Origin: Nemertoderma westbladi
Taxonomy: Eukaryota > Animalia > Xenacoelomorpha
DNA length: 64,000 nucleotides
Reading direction: 5' to 3'
Assembly (NCBI GenBank): GCA_032718475.1
Contig: JAUCBJ010008697.1
Location: 1 to 64,000, forward strand
The translations under genes were made by a program, and so were the position numbers. Numbering within the stretch: the stretch's first letter is position 1; the number at the start of each line of letters is the position of its first letter. This document shows, one piece after another, positions 24,888 through 37,885 of the stretch. Below the pieces are notes generated by a model. It worked only from the letters and a program-made list of their open reading frames with translations. It did no database searches and was not told where the DNA came from.

Positions 24888-25190
24888 GAACCGATAGCTG
24901 AATGGTTAGAGCGTCAGACTTCCAACCCGGAGGTCATCAGGTCGATCCCACCTGGATGTCATTGCCGACTTTGTAAAAGCTGTGCTCAACAAAACGTTAT
25001 AATACTTGAGGCTGGTAGGCTCCATGTTGGTGTTATGATATGCGTCTTGGCACTACCTGTCAAGTGGATTAGATAGGAGTGAAAGTGTCAGGCGCAAGTG
25101 GCTGAACTGGTTAGCGCTACTGATGAGGCCTGATAGGCCGTAACGTGCGTATTGCAATGGTTCAACATCCGATGACGTGCTTGCTTCCTC
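24888..25190 (+). mobile_element. tRNA-derived SINE-like element with a degenerate hammerhead ribozyme near its 3' end
   Basis: A-box TAGCTGAATGG and B-box-like GGTCGATCC in a tRNA-like head; CTGATGA-GGCC-tgata-GGCC-G(T)AA-CGTGCG-TA at 25120-25151. Confidence 0.6.
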
Positions 25191-25206
25191 ATATTTTTAA
25201 TTTAAA

Positions 25207-26560
25207 CTACTACTACTATCGGCATGCTACATTGCAGCTGCATTACATATATTAAAAATGCTGTGCCGGCTTGTCGATAAAATTGCGCCGCCACAACTCC
25301 CTATCACCCATGACATTTGCTAGATCATCCGCATCGTCAAGGCCAGTGTTCGTTAAGATGCGTCTCAAGAAAGTCTTAGGCTGTTCACCATGCTTATTCA
25401 CTCAATGAGGCTGCCAAAGCTCATGATTATGCACTGACTTGTCCTCCCGGCGAAAGCAATGTCCTGCAAAGCGGGGGCGGCTCCGTTAAAAACAGACTAA
25501 TCAAACACCTCCAATGTTGTATAGAGTCTTATGGGAGATGTGTTCATTGTACTGGACACAATGAACCCGGCGCAGCATTTTTGTGTGAGTGCCATCCAGA
25601 GATTTGAAATTATCTGCAGTTAGAGTCCAGCATGAACTCAGATACAGTATAAGAGTTCTGGTTATACTGCTGCCCTATATAATCGAACCTTGAGATTGCA
25701 TTTTATTCTATGTGACTTCCAAATCCATTCTGGATAGACTATTCAATGATGCCCATGCCTTCCCTGTACGTGTCCGAAATAAGCCATTCTTGGAGCTTAT
25801 GCCCTTACGATCAGGCATTTTTTGAGGGTTGTCAAGGTTCATTGTAATAATTGTTGTCTTCTTGAAGTTTACAAAATTTATTGTTAACTCTTCAATTCTC
25901 CTTTAAGTGCCAAAATGGGCTCCATGGTCCCACGACCTTTACGGAACCCATTCTGATTTCCACGGAGCAGTCTCTCAATGGGATTCCTGATGCGATTTAA
26001 TATAATTCTATTATATAGCTTTGCAGCAATTGAGATCAACGAGATTCCACGAAAAGTTCCATAGGTTGTTAGGTTGCCCTTCTTTGGTGCTGAGACCAAC
26101 TTGTTTGTTTTCAGTTCTTGAGGGACTCTCTTTGTACTATACATGTCCACAATAATGGGGTGAATGAGCTCCAAACACTCAGAATTTTAAAGACCTAAGA
26201 GGGGGCACGCCATCTACTCCACTGGCACGATTGGTCTTGTTGCTCCTAGCTACAATCTTGATTTCAGGAAAAGGAGATGTCACCAATGGGGATATCTGTG
26301 AGCACAGACTCAGATACACGATGTACCTCAAAGTTATTGTTACCCTATCATTGTTTAGAAGCTTCTCAAAGTGGGCCTTCCGACCTTTGATGCGTTCAAC
26401 TGGAGATTCAGCATTAACCTTGGTGGTTGGTTGGCTTTTCCTCCCAGTGAGCAGGTTTATTGATTGCCATACCTGGGATGTGGGGTGATTACCTGCTGTC
26501 GTCAGCATTGTTAATGACATCAACCAGCTTATTCATGAGTTCCTTCAGATTATCAGAGTA
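25207..26560 (-). mobile_element. Older, degenerate RTE-clade LINE copy with (TAG)n tail
   Basis: RGISLISIAAKLYNRIILNRIR..QNGFRKGRGT, RASGVDGVP; same 3' end and CTACTACTA tail as other copies; many indels. Confidence 0.88.
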
Positions 26561-27233
26561 CAGCCTGTTAAGGGAAACTGAAATACATTACCTATTTGAA
26601 TTCCCCTTCGTAGAGAACAGTCGAGAGATCTGAAAGAACTCTTGGTATCATTAAACCTCCCTGCGTCAACAACAAGTTTACAGATGTCTGTTTTCGTGTC
26701 AGTTGTCAAAATTATTTGATTGGTTCTAGAACATCCCGACGAATTAATTCAATCCAACGGAATTTGCCATATCTACTCTTTTCGCGGTGCTAATAAAAAA
26801 CTGTAAATTATTTTATTAAAATCTATATTGATTTATATTTAATGCGATGCAGTATCTTACACGAGTGGGGCCTTCGTGCAGCAAAAGCTGCAAGCCATCT
26901 TATCATCATGGCTCGCAGTTTTGACTCGCCCCACAATACTGGTAATAGTGCAGTGACTCCGTGTTGGCCTACAAATATAGGCCGTTCTATTAATATTAAG
27001 ATGTATCTAGATGAAGCCTTAACTGCATCCTTGGCTGTCCTAGTCTCCCTATATCTCTGCACCCTAGAGATTCTGTATATGATTAATATTTTTATTTAAA
27101 ATAATATATTTTTTCCATTTTATTTTATATTTATGTTAATCCCATTGTTTTTATGTAGAATTTATCGCATAAAGTTGCTATCAGGAATGATACTAAATAT
27201 CATATATATTACATTATAACACTGTTAGACACT

Positions 27234-29300
27234 ATGAAAGTCTATGATGATATTTACTATAGTCGTGTGGCGACCGACAGTGAAGATAGTGACATCGAAA
27301 GTGAAACCGACAATGTCGTAACAGTTATTGCTAAGGTTCCCACGTGGAAACGTCTCATTGGCTGTGGACTCGCCGTTTTGACCGGTCTTTCAGGTGCCCT
27401 GGCAGCGGCGTCTGGCAAGCATTCGCACGTCGGTGTTATATATCTTTTTCTCTATACAGGTTGTTTCTCCTCATTGGCTGTACTTCCTTACGTTATCCAC
27501 CAATGGCGACACATTGTTCCCGGTATTATATTTAGCAAGCAGGTACTATTAGCACTATTAGTTCAAGGGTTGATCATCACCTTGGGAACAATATTTAAAC
27601 AATGGACCATTCATGAAATGCCTATAGGCGACGCAGTAATGCTCAGTCACATGAGTTTGGTTATGATGCCGTTTGCCGGTGAGTTAATAATAATTATTTA
27701 ACAAACACGATCAATTATGTACTGAGGTATATAGTTACAGTTAGGCCTCTTATTTACTTTTAGTTTCATTATTAGTACATCACTCGCACTAAAACTCTTA
27801 GTATTTTTTTGACATCTTGGCAAAGGAAAAGTGAATTTGCGGGAATTTCAAATCTGAAATTTACGGTACATGAAATTCGTTAGGAAATAAATGAAGTTCC
27901 AGCAAGTAATGACATTTTTTTGTTTTGCTGAAAAAGTAAGTTGGTAGGTAAACAACTACCCTTTGCATGCATGTACCATGTGATCTACTATTGATAAGAC
28001 TTAAGCATATTTATTTATCTAAAATAGGTAATGTATGCATGGTCAGGTAGAGACTCACCGCAGATAAAAGCTGTGAGCTGTGATTTTTTTTATAATAGGT
28101 AATGTATACATATAAACAAATTGTGAGGCACCACGGTGAGCCTACAATCACTATCCCTGAATAATTCAAACTTCGCGTTGCTAATTGATAGAAGAGACGC
28201 AATGCGACCTGTTTTGAAAAAGCAAAACTGATGTATTTATTACATACGAATAGCCATCGCGGTTATTTACAAGCAGATTGATGATTGGCGCAAATTGTTG
28301 GTGCTGCTTCCCAATCACTAGTTTAGGCTCAGCTCTCTTGCTCTTTCTCGCTTTCTCTTGCTTTTCACACGTCATTCTATCACTCATCCCCCTGTGAAAC
28401 ACTCCTTCCCGGCGAAACAGACCACCGATTGTACGCACAATTGCTCTTTTGTTTCCGGACTTTATAAACGTACTGCTTTTGAAATTTTTATTGTTATCAG
28501 CAAATAAATAAATACACCAAATTTACTTTGATATGTTTAACATCTATTGATAGTAGTAGGCCTAAATTATTAAAGTACTTCAAACGGGACTTTAGATGAA
28601 CAACTGCCACCGGTTGTGAATTTATCATTTTGCTCCATTTTTTTCAATATATTATATTGCATTACTTTACCTACAATAGTTACGCGTTTCTCCCTTTCCA
28701 GAATGGTTATTCCTACGAGCTCGCCCAGGATTGGTGGAATTCGCCGCTGTTATTATGTGCCTATTTGGCGTCGCCTTCATAACACAACCTGAGATTCTCT
28801 TTGACCAATCAGATGCGAAACCTCTGCCCCTGAAACCGGTGCTTGTAAGTTTCGTTAGCATGATGTTCCGAGTGGCGAGTGCCCTGATTATTCGCGGTTG
28901 GCTGAAACACGTTCATTGGACCGCCATCGCCTTGAATGCTTCATTTTTCCGCATCGCCGTCGACTTTGTTGTTTTAGCAGCGAACAACAACGTGTCCTTC
29001 CAACACTGCCCGTATATACTACGAGTTTATATATGTCTGTTCGCTGGACTCATGTTATTATGTCAAATGTTGCAGTACACCTCGTTAAAGTTTGAATCGG
29101 CCACCATAGTGGCCTGTTTGAACTCAACGGAAGCTGTCTTCGCATACCCATTTCAGGACGAAATCTCGGTGTATTCTTGTATCGGCGCCGCATTGGTTAT
29201 GTCGGCTACTTGCTCTATTAGTATTAAAAAGGTTATTATGAATGAATGTGTTGGGAGATTAAATCATCGACAGGTTATTAATAAAAAAGTAAACGAATAA
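27234..29300 (+). CDS. SLC35G/EamA (DMT superfamily) transporter; exons 27234-27678 and 28702-29300
   Basis: Multi-TM pattern; MPIGDAVML; GTGAGT donor at 27679 and ttccAG acceptor at 28701 join in phase 1 (PFA-E-WLFL..GVAFITQPEILF); ESATIVACLNSTEAVFAY. Confidence 0.8.
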
Positions 29301-29829
29301 TGGTGCAGATTTAATTATTATTGGAATAAGAAATTATTGGAAATAAATTATACACAAGTCCCTTATTTTATTTTAACAGCGTTTCTTGGCGATGTTTGAA
29401 TTAGCCGGAGTATAAAGACTTTATATCCCGTAATAACTATAACTTCCCCAATTACTACCTTAATATTTGCTCTGCACTATAGTTCGCTCACTCTAGTTAA
29501 TTACACTCTAGATCATCACACACTAGTCCTCTCGCACTAATCAGCCACTCAAACTATTTTAGCCATTCAGACATATTTTAGCCATTCACACTATTTTAGC
29601 CACTCACACTATTTTAGTCCTCCCACTTCCAACCTGGAGCTCATCTGTCCAACCCGAACGAACGTTGTCCTTTGCCCAACGAAAGGAGAGCCAGGGGAAC
29701 AACTTGGAGAACAAATAATTGCTTTTACATAATATTAACCCACTAGTTTAAGTAGTTTTTTTTATGTAGTTTACATACCATATCGTGAAGAATTCAGAAA
29801 AGTGAAGTTGTACGATTAGACCAAGAAGC

Positions 29830-29905
29830 ATCTTGGTCTACTAGTTGTGAGTGTGACATTCAGCTTGGCTTCCTATGATGAGGCCCCGGTTCGAACCCCT
29901 TGACT
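29830..29905 (+). mobile_element. tRNA-derived SINE head remnant
   Basis: B-box GGTTCGAACCC at ~29887; no full cloverleaf. Confidence 0.35.
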
Positions 29906-30155
29906 GATCGATTATTGGGACCCAAATCAATTTGAGAATGGGTTTTACTGTGGTTGTCGGCGGCTTAAATCAACCGAAAATATTATCCCATTTAATAGTT
30001 GAGTTTAAAATGGTTTGATCAACTGAAAATAAGGTTCTTTATCCAAAATTTTATTTTCTGTTTAGTATCACGGGGTTTTATACGTAGATAGTGAACACAA
30101 AGGTAAAGTTATTAACAATGAAACATTGTATTGTGTAGGTATATCTTTTCTGTAA

Positions 30156-33100
30156 CTACACTACTGATAAGTCAGGAGCAAAGTACTTCTGACAAAACCG
30201 TAAGGTGAGTAACATAGGCTGTTGAAGTTCCTCAATTAATCGATCTATGTCGCCATCTAGAGCCCCGATGTGAACTGGTTTCAGAGGCAAATTAATAAAT
30301 GACGGTCCCATTGGATCACGTCTGGTGCGCCCCCTAACGTCCAGCGTTGTCTCTCTCTCTGGCCGGCATTGAGTATGATGCAGTTCGCCTAATCTCACCA
30401 AACTGGGTTTACCTTCAACTGGAGGCAATACAACTACCGTTTTCCGCTTCGAATACTCCCTTTCTGCATCACTCAATGCATTACCGCGCAGTTCATTCAA
30501 ATACTCCTCGAGTTTCAACTCAATAAAATAATTCAAAGCCTCTATCGGCTTTATGTCTTCCAGAACAGCTTCATTTGGTAATGTATCTATGGTGACAACA
30601 ATTTCTCTCGATTCTTTCTCAACTTCTTCATCAAACAAGGTTTTACCTTCGATATCTCCAGGTGCTTTTACTGGTGTATTAGTTGTCCGTTTTCCATGGC
30701 GTTTTCCCCTAACTTTTTTCCCTGTTCGACCTTTGATCTCTCCTTGTTTCAATGACCGCACTGTCTCCTTTAGATGATCGCGGAATTGTTTCATCAGTTC
30801 CAGTAACCATTTCCTGCAGATATTCTGAACTCCTCGCTTCCGCGCCGCATTCCTGGCCACTCTCGCTGTGTCCCAAGATGAAAGCTCTTTGAATAGAAAC
30901 TTATGAGGGTCGACGACCCCTGAATTAAATAACACAGACTGGCAGACAATCTCTGTAACAGGGTCACCTTCTATAAAATTGGTCATTACTTCTACAATGT
31001 ATTCAACATCATATATATATATATTCTTTAAAAGAACTAAAGCAACACCTATAAACTCCCTTTGTTCTGGAATAATACTTCTTGGGTAATCACTTTTGTT
31101 TAATATATACATTAGAGTTTCATATATATTTTTCGAGTTGTCTAGTTTCTTAATTCCGTTCAATAGATCAATAGCACGTGTTATAGGAATTCTAAAATTG
31201 AAATCTGCAATTTTTAATACTTTTAGTAACATTTCCACAAATAACTCCATTGTCCATGGTTTTGGCCAGGTTGTCGCATTTAAGTTCGGCAAGTACTTGG
31301 CAAACCACGCATCACCTTGGAATTGGGTTATCCAATCAGGCAGTATCTCTTTAGGTATTGGCTCAGCAACTTCAGGCGTGGGTTCACGTGGTGGGGCAGG
31401 GGGAGGTTGCTCCGGACGCGTAACTAACTTCTTCAATGGTTTCATCGGCTTCTTGATTCTTGGGGATTTAGGGATAGGTTCAGATTGCGCTGGGGATGGT
31501 GGCCTTTCCTCCAATGGGGTGGGTTCCCTGCTAGGTGGAGTTGGTGTGCGCAATGCTGCTTGCAGTTTAGCCAGCCAATCAGGATCCTCAGACAATTCCT
31601 CTAACTCCTCTTCTATTTCTTCCTCCTTTTGGAACATTTTCCTGCGGTTCTCAAGAGCAGCTAGCTGTTCAGCTGTCAACTGAGGTGGAATCCAGTCAGG
31701 TTCCTTTAACTTGGATAATTCCTCCTCAGGTAATATGAGCTTTAACAACACCGAATTTGGAATAAAACCATCTCGAACAATCGGTAAATTTCCAGTGTCA
31801 GGAATTGGAATTTCGGGAAAGAAACCGAGTGGTTTTTTCTCAGGAATGTATTTTTGTATTGACTTAAAAGCCTTAACATCCTTATTAACAACTATATCAT
31901 CTTTGTATACAAATTCCGGGAGATCTACCCTAACTTGTTCATGGAATTTCAAAATATATTGTTTCATAGCTTTCCGCTTAGTAGTGGAAGAAACTGGTAT
32001 TTTCATAGGTCGCTTTAGAATCCCATCTCTAATTTTTATAATATCCAAATCCCTTCTACTGATTGTGTCATACTTTGCCTGAATGGCGACTTTCTCTAGA
32101 AGTATGTCATTCGCTTCCTCGACTGAAACAACATCGGTATATTGCTCGAATCGAAGTTGCGCTCCATGAGCCAAGCCAAGACAATACAATTCATCACTTG
32201 TCAAAGTTTTTGTAAGTTCTGCGTTCATTTCAATGATTTTGTCTGGAGGAGATTGTTCAATATTCATAGTAGACATGTGATGTACAATATGCTTTGGCAG
32301 GTAATCTTCATGCTTTATAATGTATAAGTGATCGCAAAGTCCAACAAGAAGATCGCCTTTTGCGTCACCAAATACCAGAGAAGTCGGTTGTTCCTTAAGT
32401 TTAATCAATTTGATTAATTCGTTATCCTCGTTCCAAATTCGAACTGTGCAATCTTCACTAGCAGTAGCGAATATCCCTAATGTAACATTGGATGTTGCTG
32501 AGACTATCCTATCCTTGTGATCTTCCCAAGGCTTATGATCAATACGATTTTTTTCCCAAACATTATATACCACAGTGTTGTATGTGGCTGTGACATCATC
32601 AGAAAAAGCTACCAATAATTTTGCGCCGTACAGAGCAACATGTTTTGGCACATAATTACAGTAAAACGATGTCAGAGGGCCCAGCGATTCAACGGCAAAT
32701 GGAAAGACCCTCCAGACTTTTATACACATATCAGTGCCAATAGAAAGCACGTGATTGGTCGGTTGATCTGTTGCTATGGATACAACCGAGCAATGTTCGT
32801 GGGCCAACACTTGGAAAGAAATACATTCTTGTTTGGTGTCCCAAACTGCCAAATATCCATCCATCGTCCCTAGCAACAGCAAGGCTTTGTTTCGTAACTT
32901 AGGTAATGCTGCTTCTTCCTCCAATGAATCTATCTCTCTGGACAGTGTAGCTTTAAGAACAGTCTTCCACATATCCAAGTCTTTTCCCTCATTTGGCTTG
33001 TTGTAATATTCAAATACATTGATGCATTCACATTTCATATATTTGCTATTTTTTATTGAATTTCTGGGTTTCACAAACCAGTTATTCACGATATGGCATG

Positions 33101-34457
33101 GGTTAACTTTAGTATTGGCCATTATTAAAAGCTTTCCCCCATCACCTATTAAGTACAAACCGTTATCCAACATGGAATAGCAGAAATCGTTAATTTCAGT
33201 TGATTGTTTTACCATCAATGATGTAATAATGTCACCAGTACATGGGTTGATAATCCTTGCAGTGTTATTCGTTGACAATGCAACACACCTTGATGGAAGA
33301 ACTGGATGTGAGACCATCTTCAATAAAACAATTGGTGAACCAATTATGGAGTGTAAAACGTACAAGTTGTCAACCTTCCATGTATGCATAAGGTTTCCAG
33401 AATAGGTGCAGAAGACTGACCTCCTGTAATCCGAATCAACTCCGTGTATTTGAAAGTCTGTCTCAATGTGGTCTATTTCATCTGTAGTTTCAAAACTCCA
33501 TACGCGTATGCTGCTATCTGTTCCAGTACTGATAAGGTATGGTGCGAATGGGTAGACAGCTAATCCGGTGACAGTATCATTGTGACCAATAAATAAGAGT
33601 ATCAGATTCCAATCAATCTCTTCATCGTTTTTACCTGCATTCCATACTTTGATTGTTCCATCCAGAGCTGCGGTAACTAAATACTTTAATGGGTTATAAA
33701 ATAGGGCAGATGATATTTTCCGTACATGGAGATTCTTATGATAGCCTAGCACAGAGGCATCACAAACTCGCAGGATATAGACAGCTGTATAAGTGACGGC
33801 AAAACATCGTTGCATCTTGCTGGCTGAATCTTCTAATGCGATATGGTAAATATTATCTGATTCATTAATGGCACCAGATTGGGTAGTCTCTTTTGGGATT
33901 AAATGTCTAGAACCGAATTTAAAACACCAAAATGTTATTGACCCCGGGGATGCAGTGACCACCTGACTTTTTGGTTCGTTACCCACCATACACTGGATTG
34001 GTTTATCAGTTTGAGCAACTGATATAAGTTGCATGCCCTCCGTCAATACTGAAAGAGTTTGCAGACCGTCAGACAGTACATATTGTTGGACCGACTCAGA
34101 GTAAATAAAATATTCCACATGAATATCACTTATATACTCCCAAACTTTATCTCCAATGTCGTTGTAAGCTTCTACAATATTATCTTGTGTAACTATAATA
34201 TAAATATCTTTCGGTTTATTGAAGTAAATTTGTTTTATTGTGTGTGCCGATTGGATTGTTATACCGGGATGTACCCCATGTGCAATCTCTTTATTTATAT
34301 TATCAATCGCTTTGAGATCATCCTCGGTGTCTTTAACTGCGTCTCTCAATGCCTTCCAATGTGTTATCGCTTTCATTTGAGTTTGTGACAGTTGTGTTTT
34401 CGACTTTGCGACACTAACTGCAGCAGAACGTGTCATTAATTCCTCCAAACTCGACAT
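30156..34457 (-). CDS. Large WD40-repeat protein, WDR97/WDR87-like (1433 aa, single exon)
   Basis: Repeated WD motifs (LVTAALDGTIKVWN, FIGHNDTVTGL..STGTDSSIRVWS, ATASEDCTVRIWN), acidic/Pro-rich linker, helical C-terminus. Family assigned from recalled architecture only. Confidence 0.8.
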   Translation of the reverse strand: MSSLEELMTRSAAVSVAKSKTQLSQTQMKAITHWKALRDAVKDTEDDLKAIDNINKEIAHGVHPGITIQSAHTIKQIYFNKPKDIYIIVTQDNIVEAYNDIGDKVWEYISDIHVEYFIYSESVQQYVLSDGLQTLSVLTEGMQLISVAQTDKPIQCMVGNEPKSQVVTASPGSITFWCFKFGSRHLIPKETTQSGAINESDNIYHIALEDSASKMQRCFAVTYTAVYILRVCDASVLGYHKNLHVRKISSALFYNPLKYLVTAALDGTIKVWNAGKNDEEIDWNLILLFIGHNDTVTGLAVYPFAPYLISTGTDSSIRVWSFETTDEIDHIETDFQIHGVDSDYRRSVFCTYSGNLMHTWKVDNLYVLHSIIGSPIVLLKMVSHPVLPSRCVALSTNNTARIINPCTGDIITSLMVKQSTEINDFCYSMLDNGLYLIGDGGKLLIMANTKVNPCHIVNNWFVKPRNSIKNSKYMKCECINVFEYYNKPNEGKDLDMWKTVLKATLSREIDSLEEEAALPKLRNKALLLLGTMDGYLAVWDTKQECISFQVLAHEHCSVVSIATDQPTNHVLSIGTDMCIKVWRVFPFAVESLGPLTSFYCNYVPKHVALYGAKLLVAFSDDVTATYNTVVYNVWEKNRIDHKPWEDHKDRIVSATSNVTLGIFATASEDCTVRIWNEDNELIKLIKLKEQPTSLVFGDAKGDLLVGLCDHLYIIKHEDYLPKHIVHHMSTMNIEQSPPDKIIEMNAELTKTLTSDELYCLGLAHGAQLRFEQYTDVVSVEEANDILLEKVAIQAKYDTISRRDLDIIKIRDGILKRPMKIPVSSTTKRKAMKQYILKFHEQVRVDLPEFVYKDDIVVNKDVKAFKSIQKYIPEKKPLGFFPEIPIPDTGNLPIVRDGFIPNSVLLKLILPEEELSKLKEPDWIPPQLTAEQLAALENRRKMFQKEEEIEEELEELSEDPDWLAKLQAALRTPTPPSREPTPLEERPPSPAQSEPIPKSPRIKKPMKPLKKLVTRPEQPPPAPPREPTPEVAEPIPKEILPDWITQFQGDAWFAKYLPNLNATTWPKPWTMELFVEMLLKVLKIADFNFRIPITRAIDLLNGIKKLDNSKNIYETLMYILNKSDYPRSIIPEQREFIGVALVLLKNIYIYDVEYIVEVMTNFIEGDPVTEIVCQSVLFNSGVVDPHKFLFKELSSWDTARVARNAARKRGVQNICRKWLLELMKQFRDHLKETVRSLKQGEIKGRTGKKVRGKRHGKRTTNTPVKAPGDIEGKTLFDEEVEKESREIVVTIDTLPNEAVLEDIKPIEALNYFIELKLEEYLNELRGNALSDAEREYSKRKTVVVLPPVEGKPSLVRLGELHHTQCRPERETTLDVRGRTRRDPMGPSFINLPLKPVHIGALDGDIDRLIEELQQPMLLTLRFCQKYFAPDLSVV

Positions 34458-34881
34458 TCTGATATTCTAACTCATATTTTCTAAATATGTTTCCGATTAA
34501 TTATTTCTAATAATAAAATACGTTTAATAATAATACACTTTTGATGAATTTTTGGTGGAAAATAATTTTTAATAACTCAAATCAAATTACATTATTGAGA
34601 GAATTTATTTGTTGCAAATAATTCTAAATGGACCTACTTTATATATACCGGTAGCAGTAGTAGTAATATTCCATGACAATAAATATGGGTAATTTTTTAA
34701 TAAAAATAAATATGGATAAAACTACTACTCTATTTGCCAACATTATATGAAAAATTATAATATAATTGATTTATTAACATAAAGTTTCGTAACTGTGTAC
34801 TAGTGGATTGTCAGCAAACTATCGATCCATTCTTACAACTTGATAACGTTTTAAATTTATTATTCATGTTTGTTGAGTGCA

Positions 34882-34894
34882 GTTGCTTAGCAAC
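34882..34894. promoter_or_regulatory. RFX X-box-like motif upstream of the WD40 gene
   Basis: GTTGCTTAGCAAC, ~430 bp upstream of the ATG at 34457. Confidence 0.45.
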
Positions 34895-35166
34895 GGCGAT
34901 TTCAATCACGCATTATCAAACTAATGCCAACGCCAATAATTAATAGCTGGCTTATGTGGAGCAAGTCATATAGTTGAGCCTTCAGCGAACGTTTATAATT
35001 GTCATACTAGGGCCGTGTAGCCCTACACACACATGCCTCTGTATATGTGTATATTTTGGTCATAAAATAAAATAAAATGAAATACAGCTAAACTCCAATC
35101 CTTTTCTAAATTATGGAGAGCGTTATTAGAGGGTGGCGCTGGTATGTTTTTAGCAGATAAGTGGGG

Positions 35167-37885
35167 GTGTAAGCGCTATGACCATCCCTGCCGTGTAAGC
35201 ACTATGACCAGCCCTACCGTGTAAGCACTATGACCATCCCAACCGTGTAAGCACTATGACCATTCCAACCGTGGAAGGTAAGCACTATGACCAGCCCTAC
35301 CGTGTAAGCACTATGACCAGCCCTGCCGTGTAAGCACTATGACCAGCCCTACCGTGTAAGCACTATGACCATTCCTACCGTGGAAGGTAAGCTCTATGAC
35401 CAGCCCTACCGTGTAAGCCCTATGACCAGCCCTACCGTGTAAGTACTATGACCAGCCCTACCGTGTAAGCACAATGACCAGCCCTACCGTGTAAGCACTA
35501 TGACCATTCCTACCGTGGAAGGCAAGCTCTATTACCAGCCCTACCGTGTAAGCACTATGACCAGCCCTACCGTGTAATGTAAGCACTATGACTAGCTCTA
35601 CCGTGTAATGTAAGCGCTATGACCAGCCCTACCGTGTAAGCACTATGACCAGCCCTACCGTGTAGTAAGCGCTCCGTACCGTGTAAGCACTATGACCAGC
35701 CAGACCGTATAATGTAAGCGCTCCGTACCGTGTAAGCGCTATGACCAGCCCTACCGTGTAAGCACTATGACCAGCCATACCGTGTAATGTAAGCGCTCCG
35801 TACCGTGTAAGCACTATGACCAGCCATACCGTGTAATGTAAGCGCTCCGTACCGTGTAAGCACTATGACCAGCCCTACCGCGTAAGCACTATGACTAGCC
35901 CTACCGTGTAAGCACTATGACCAGCCCTACCGTGTAAGCACTATGACCAGCCCTACCGCGTAAGCACTATGACTAGCCCTACCGTGTAATGTAAGCGCTC
36001 CGTACCGTGTAAGCACTATGACCAGCCCTACCGTGTAAGCACTATGACCAGCCATACCGTGTAATGTAAGCGCTCCGTACCGTGTAAGCACTATGACCAG
36101 TCATACCGTGTAATGTAAGCGCTCCGTACCGTGTAAGCACTATGACCAGCCCTACCGCGTAAGCACTATGACCAGCCCTACCGTATAAGCGCTATGACCA
36201 GCCCTACCGTGTAAGCACTATGATAAGCCCTACCGTGTAAGCACTATGACCAGCCCTACCGTATAAGCACTATGACCAGACCTACCGTGTAAGAACTATG
36301 ACCAGCCCTACCGTATACGCACTATGACCAGCCCTACCGTATAAGCACTATGACCAGACCTACCGTGTAAGCACTATGACCAGCCCTACCGCGTAAGCAC
36401 TATGACTAGCCCTACCGTGTAATGTAAGCGCTCCGTACCGTGTAAGCACTATGACCAGCCCTACCGTGTAAGCACTATGACCAACCCTACCGTGTAATGT
36501 AAGCGCTATGACCAGCCCTACCGTGTAAGAGCTATGACCAGCCCTACCGTGTAAGCACTATGATAAGCCCTACCGTGTAAGCACTATGACCAGCCCTACC
36601 GTATAAGCACTATGACCAGACCTACCGTGTTAGAACTATGACCAGCCCTACTGTGTAAGCACTATGACCAGCCCTACCGTGTGAGCACTATGACCAGTCC
36701 AACCGTGTACGCACTATGACCAGCCCTACCGTATAAGCACTATGACCAGACCTACCGTGTAAGAACTATGACCAGCCCTACTGTGTAAGCACTATGACCA
36801 GCCCTACCGCGTAAGCACTATGACCAGCCCTACCGTATAAGCGCTATGACCAGCCCTACCGTGTAAGCACTATGATAAGCCCTACCGTGTAAGCACAATG
36901 ACCAGCCCTACCGTATAAGCACTATGACCAGACCTACCGTGTAAGAACTATGACCAGCCCTACTGTGTAAGCACTATGACCAGCCCTACCGTGTAAGCAC
37001 TATGACCAGCCCTACCATGTAAGCACTATGACCAGCCATACCGTGTAAGCACTATGACCAACCCTACCGTGTAATGTAAGCGCTATGACCAGCCCTACCG
37101 TGTAAGAGCTATGACCAGCCCTACCGTATACGCGCTATGACCAGCCCTACTGTGTAAGCACTATGACCAGCCCTACCGTGTAAGCACTATGACCAGCCCT
37201 ACCTTGTAAGCACTATGACGAGCCCTACCGCGTAAGCACTATGACCAGAAAAGCCATACCGTGTAAGCACTATGACTAGCCCTACCGTGTAAGCACTTTG
37301 ACCAGACCATCCCTACCGTGTAAGCACTATGACCAGCCCTACCGTGTAAGGTAAGCAGTATGACCGCCCTACCGTGTAAGCACTATGACCAGCCCTACCG
37401 TGTAAGGTAATCACTATGACCAGCCATACCGTGTAAGCGATATAACCCTTCCGTGTAAGCACTATGACCAGCCCTACCGTGTAAGCATTATGACAAGCCC
37501 TACCATGTTAGCACTATGACCAGCCCTACCATGTAAGCACTATGACCAGCCCTACCGCATAAGCACTATGACCAGCCCTACCATGTGAGCACTATGACCA
37601 GCCCTACCATGTAAGCACTATGACCAGCCCTACCGCATAAGCCCTATGACGAGCCCTACCGTGTAAGAAATATGACCAGCCCTACCGTGTAAATGTAAGC
37701 ACCATGACCAGCTCTATCGTGTAGGCACTATGACCAGCCCTACCGTGTAAGGTAAGCACTATGGCCAGCCCTACCGTGTAAGCACTATGACCAGACTATC
37801 CCTACCGTGTCAGCACTATGAACAGCCCTACCTTGTAATAACTATGACAAGCCCTACCGTGTAAGCACTATGATCAGACCAGCCA
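35167..37885. repeat. 26-bp minisatellite (ACCGTGTAAGCACTATGACCAGCCCT)n, left block
   Basis: Direct periodicity, ~100 copies, with recurring variant units (e.g. TAATGTAAGCGCTCCGT). Confidence 0.97.

Noticed and set aside
24888-24960. Functional tRNA gene
   Set aside because: Acceptor and T stems do not pair properly and no Pol III terminator follows; better read as a SINE head.
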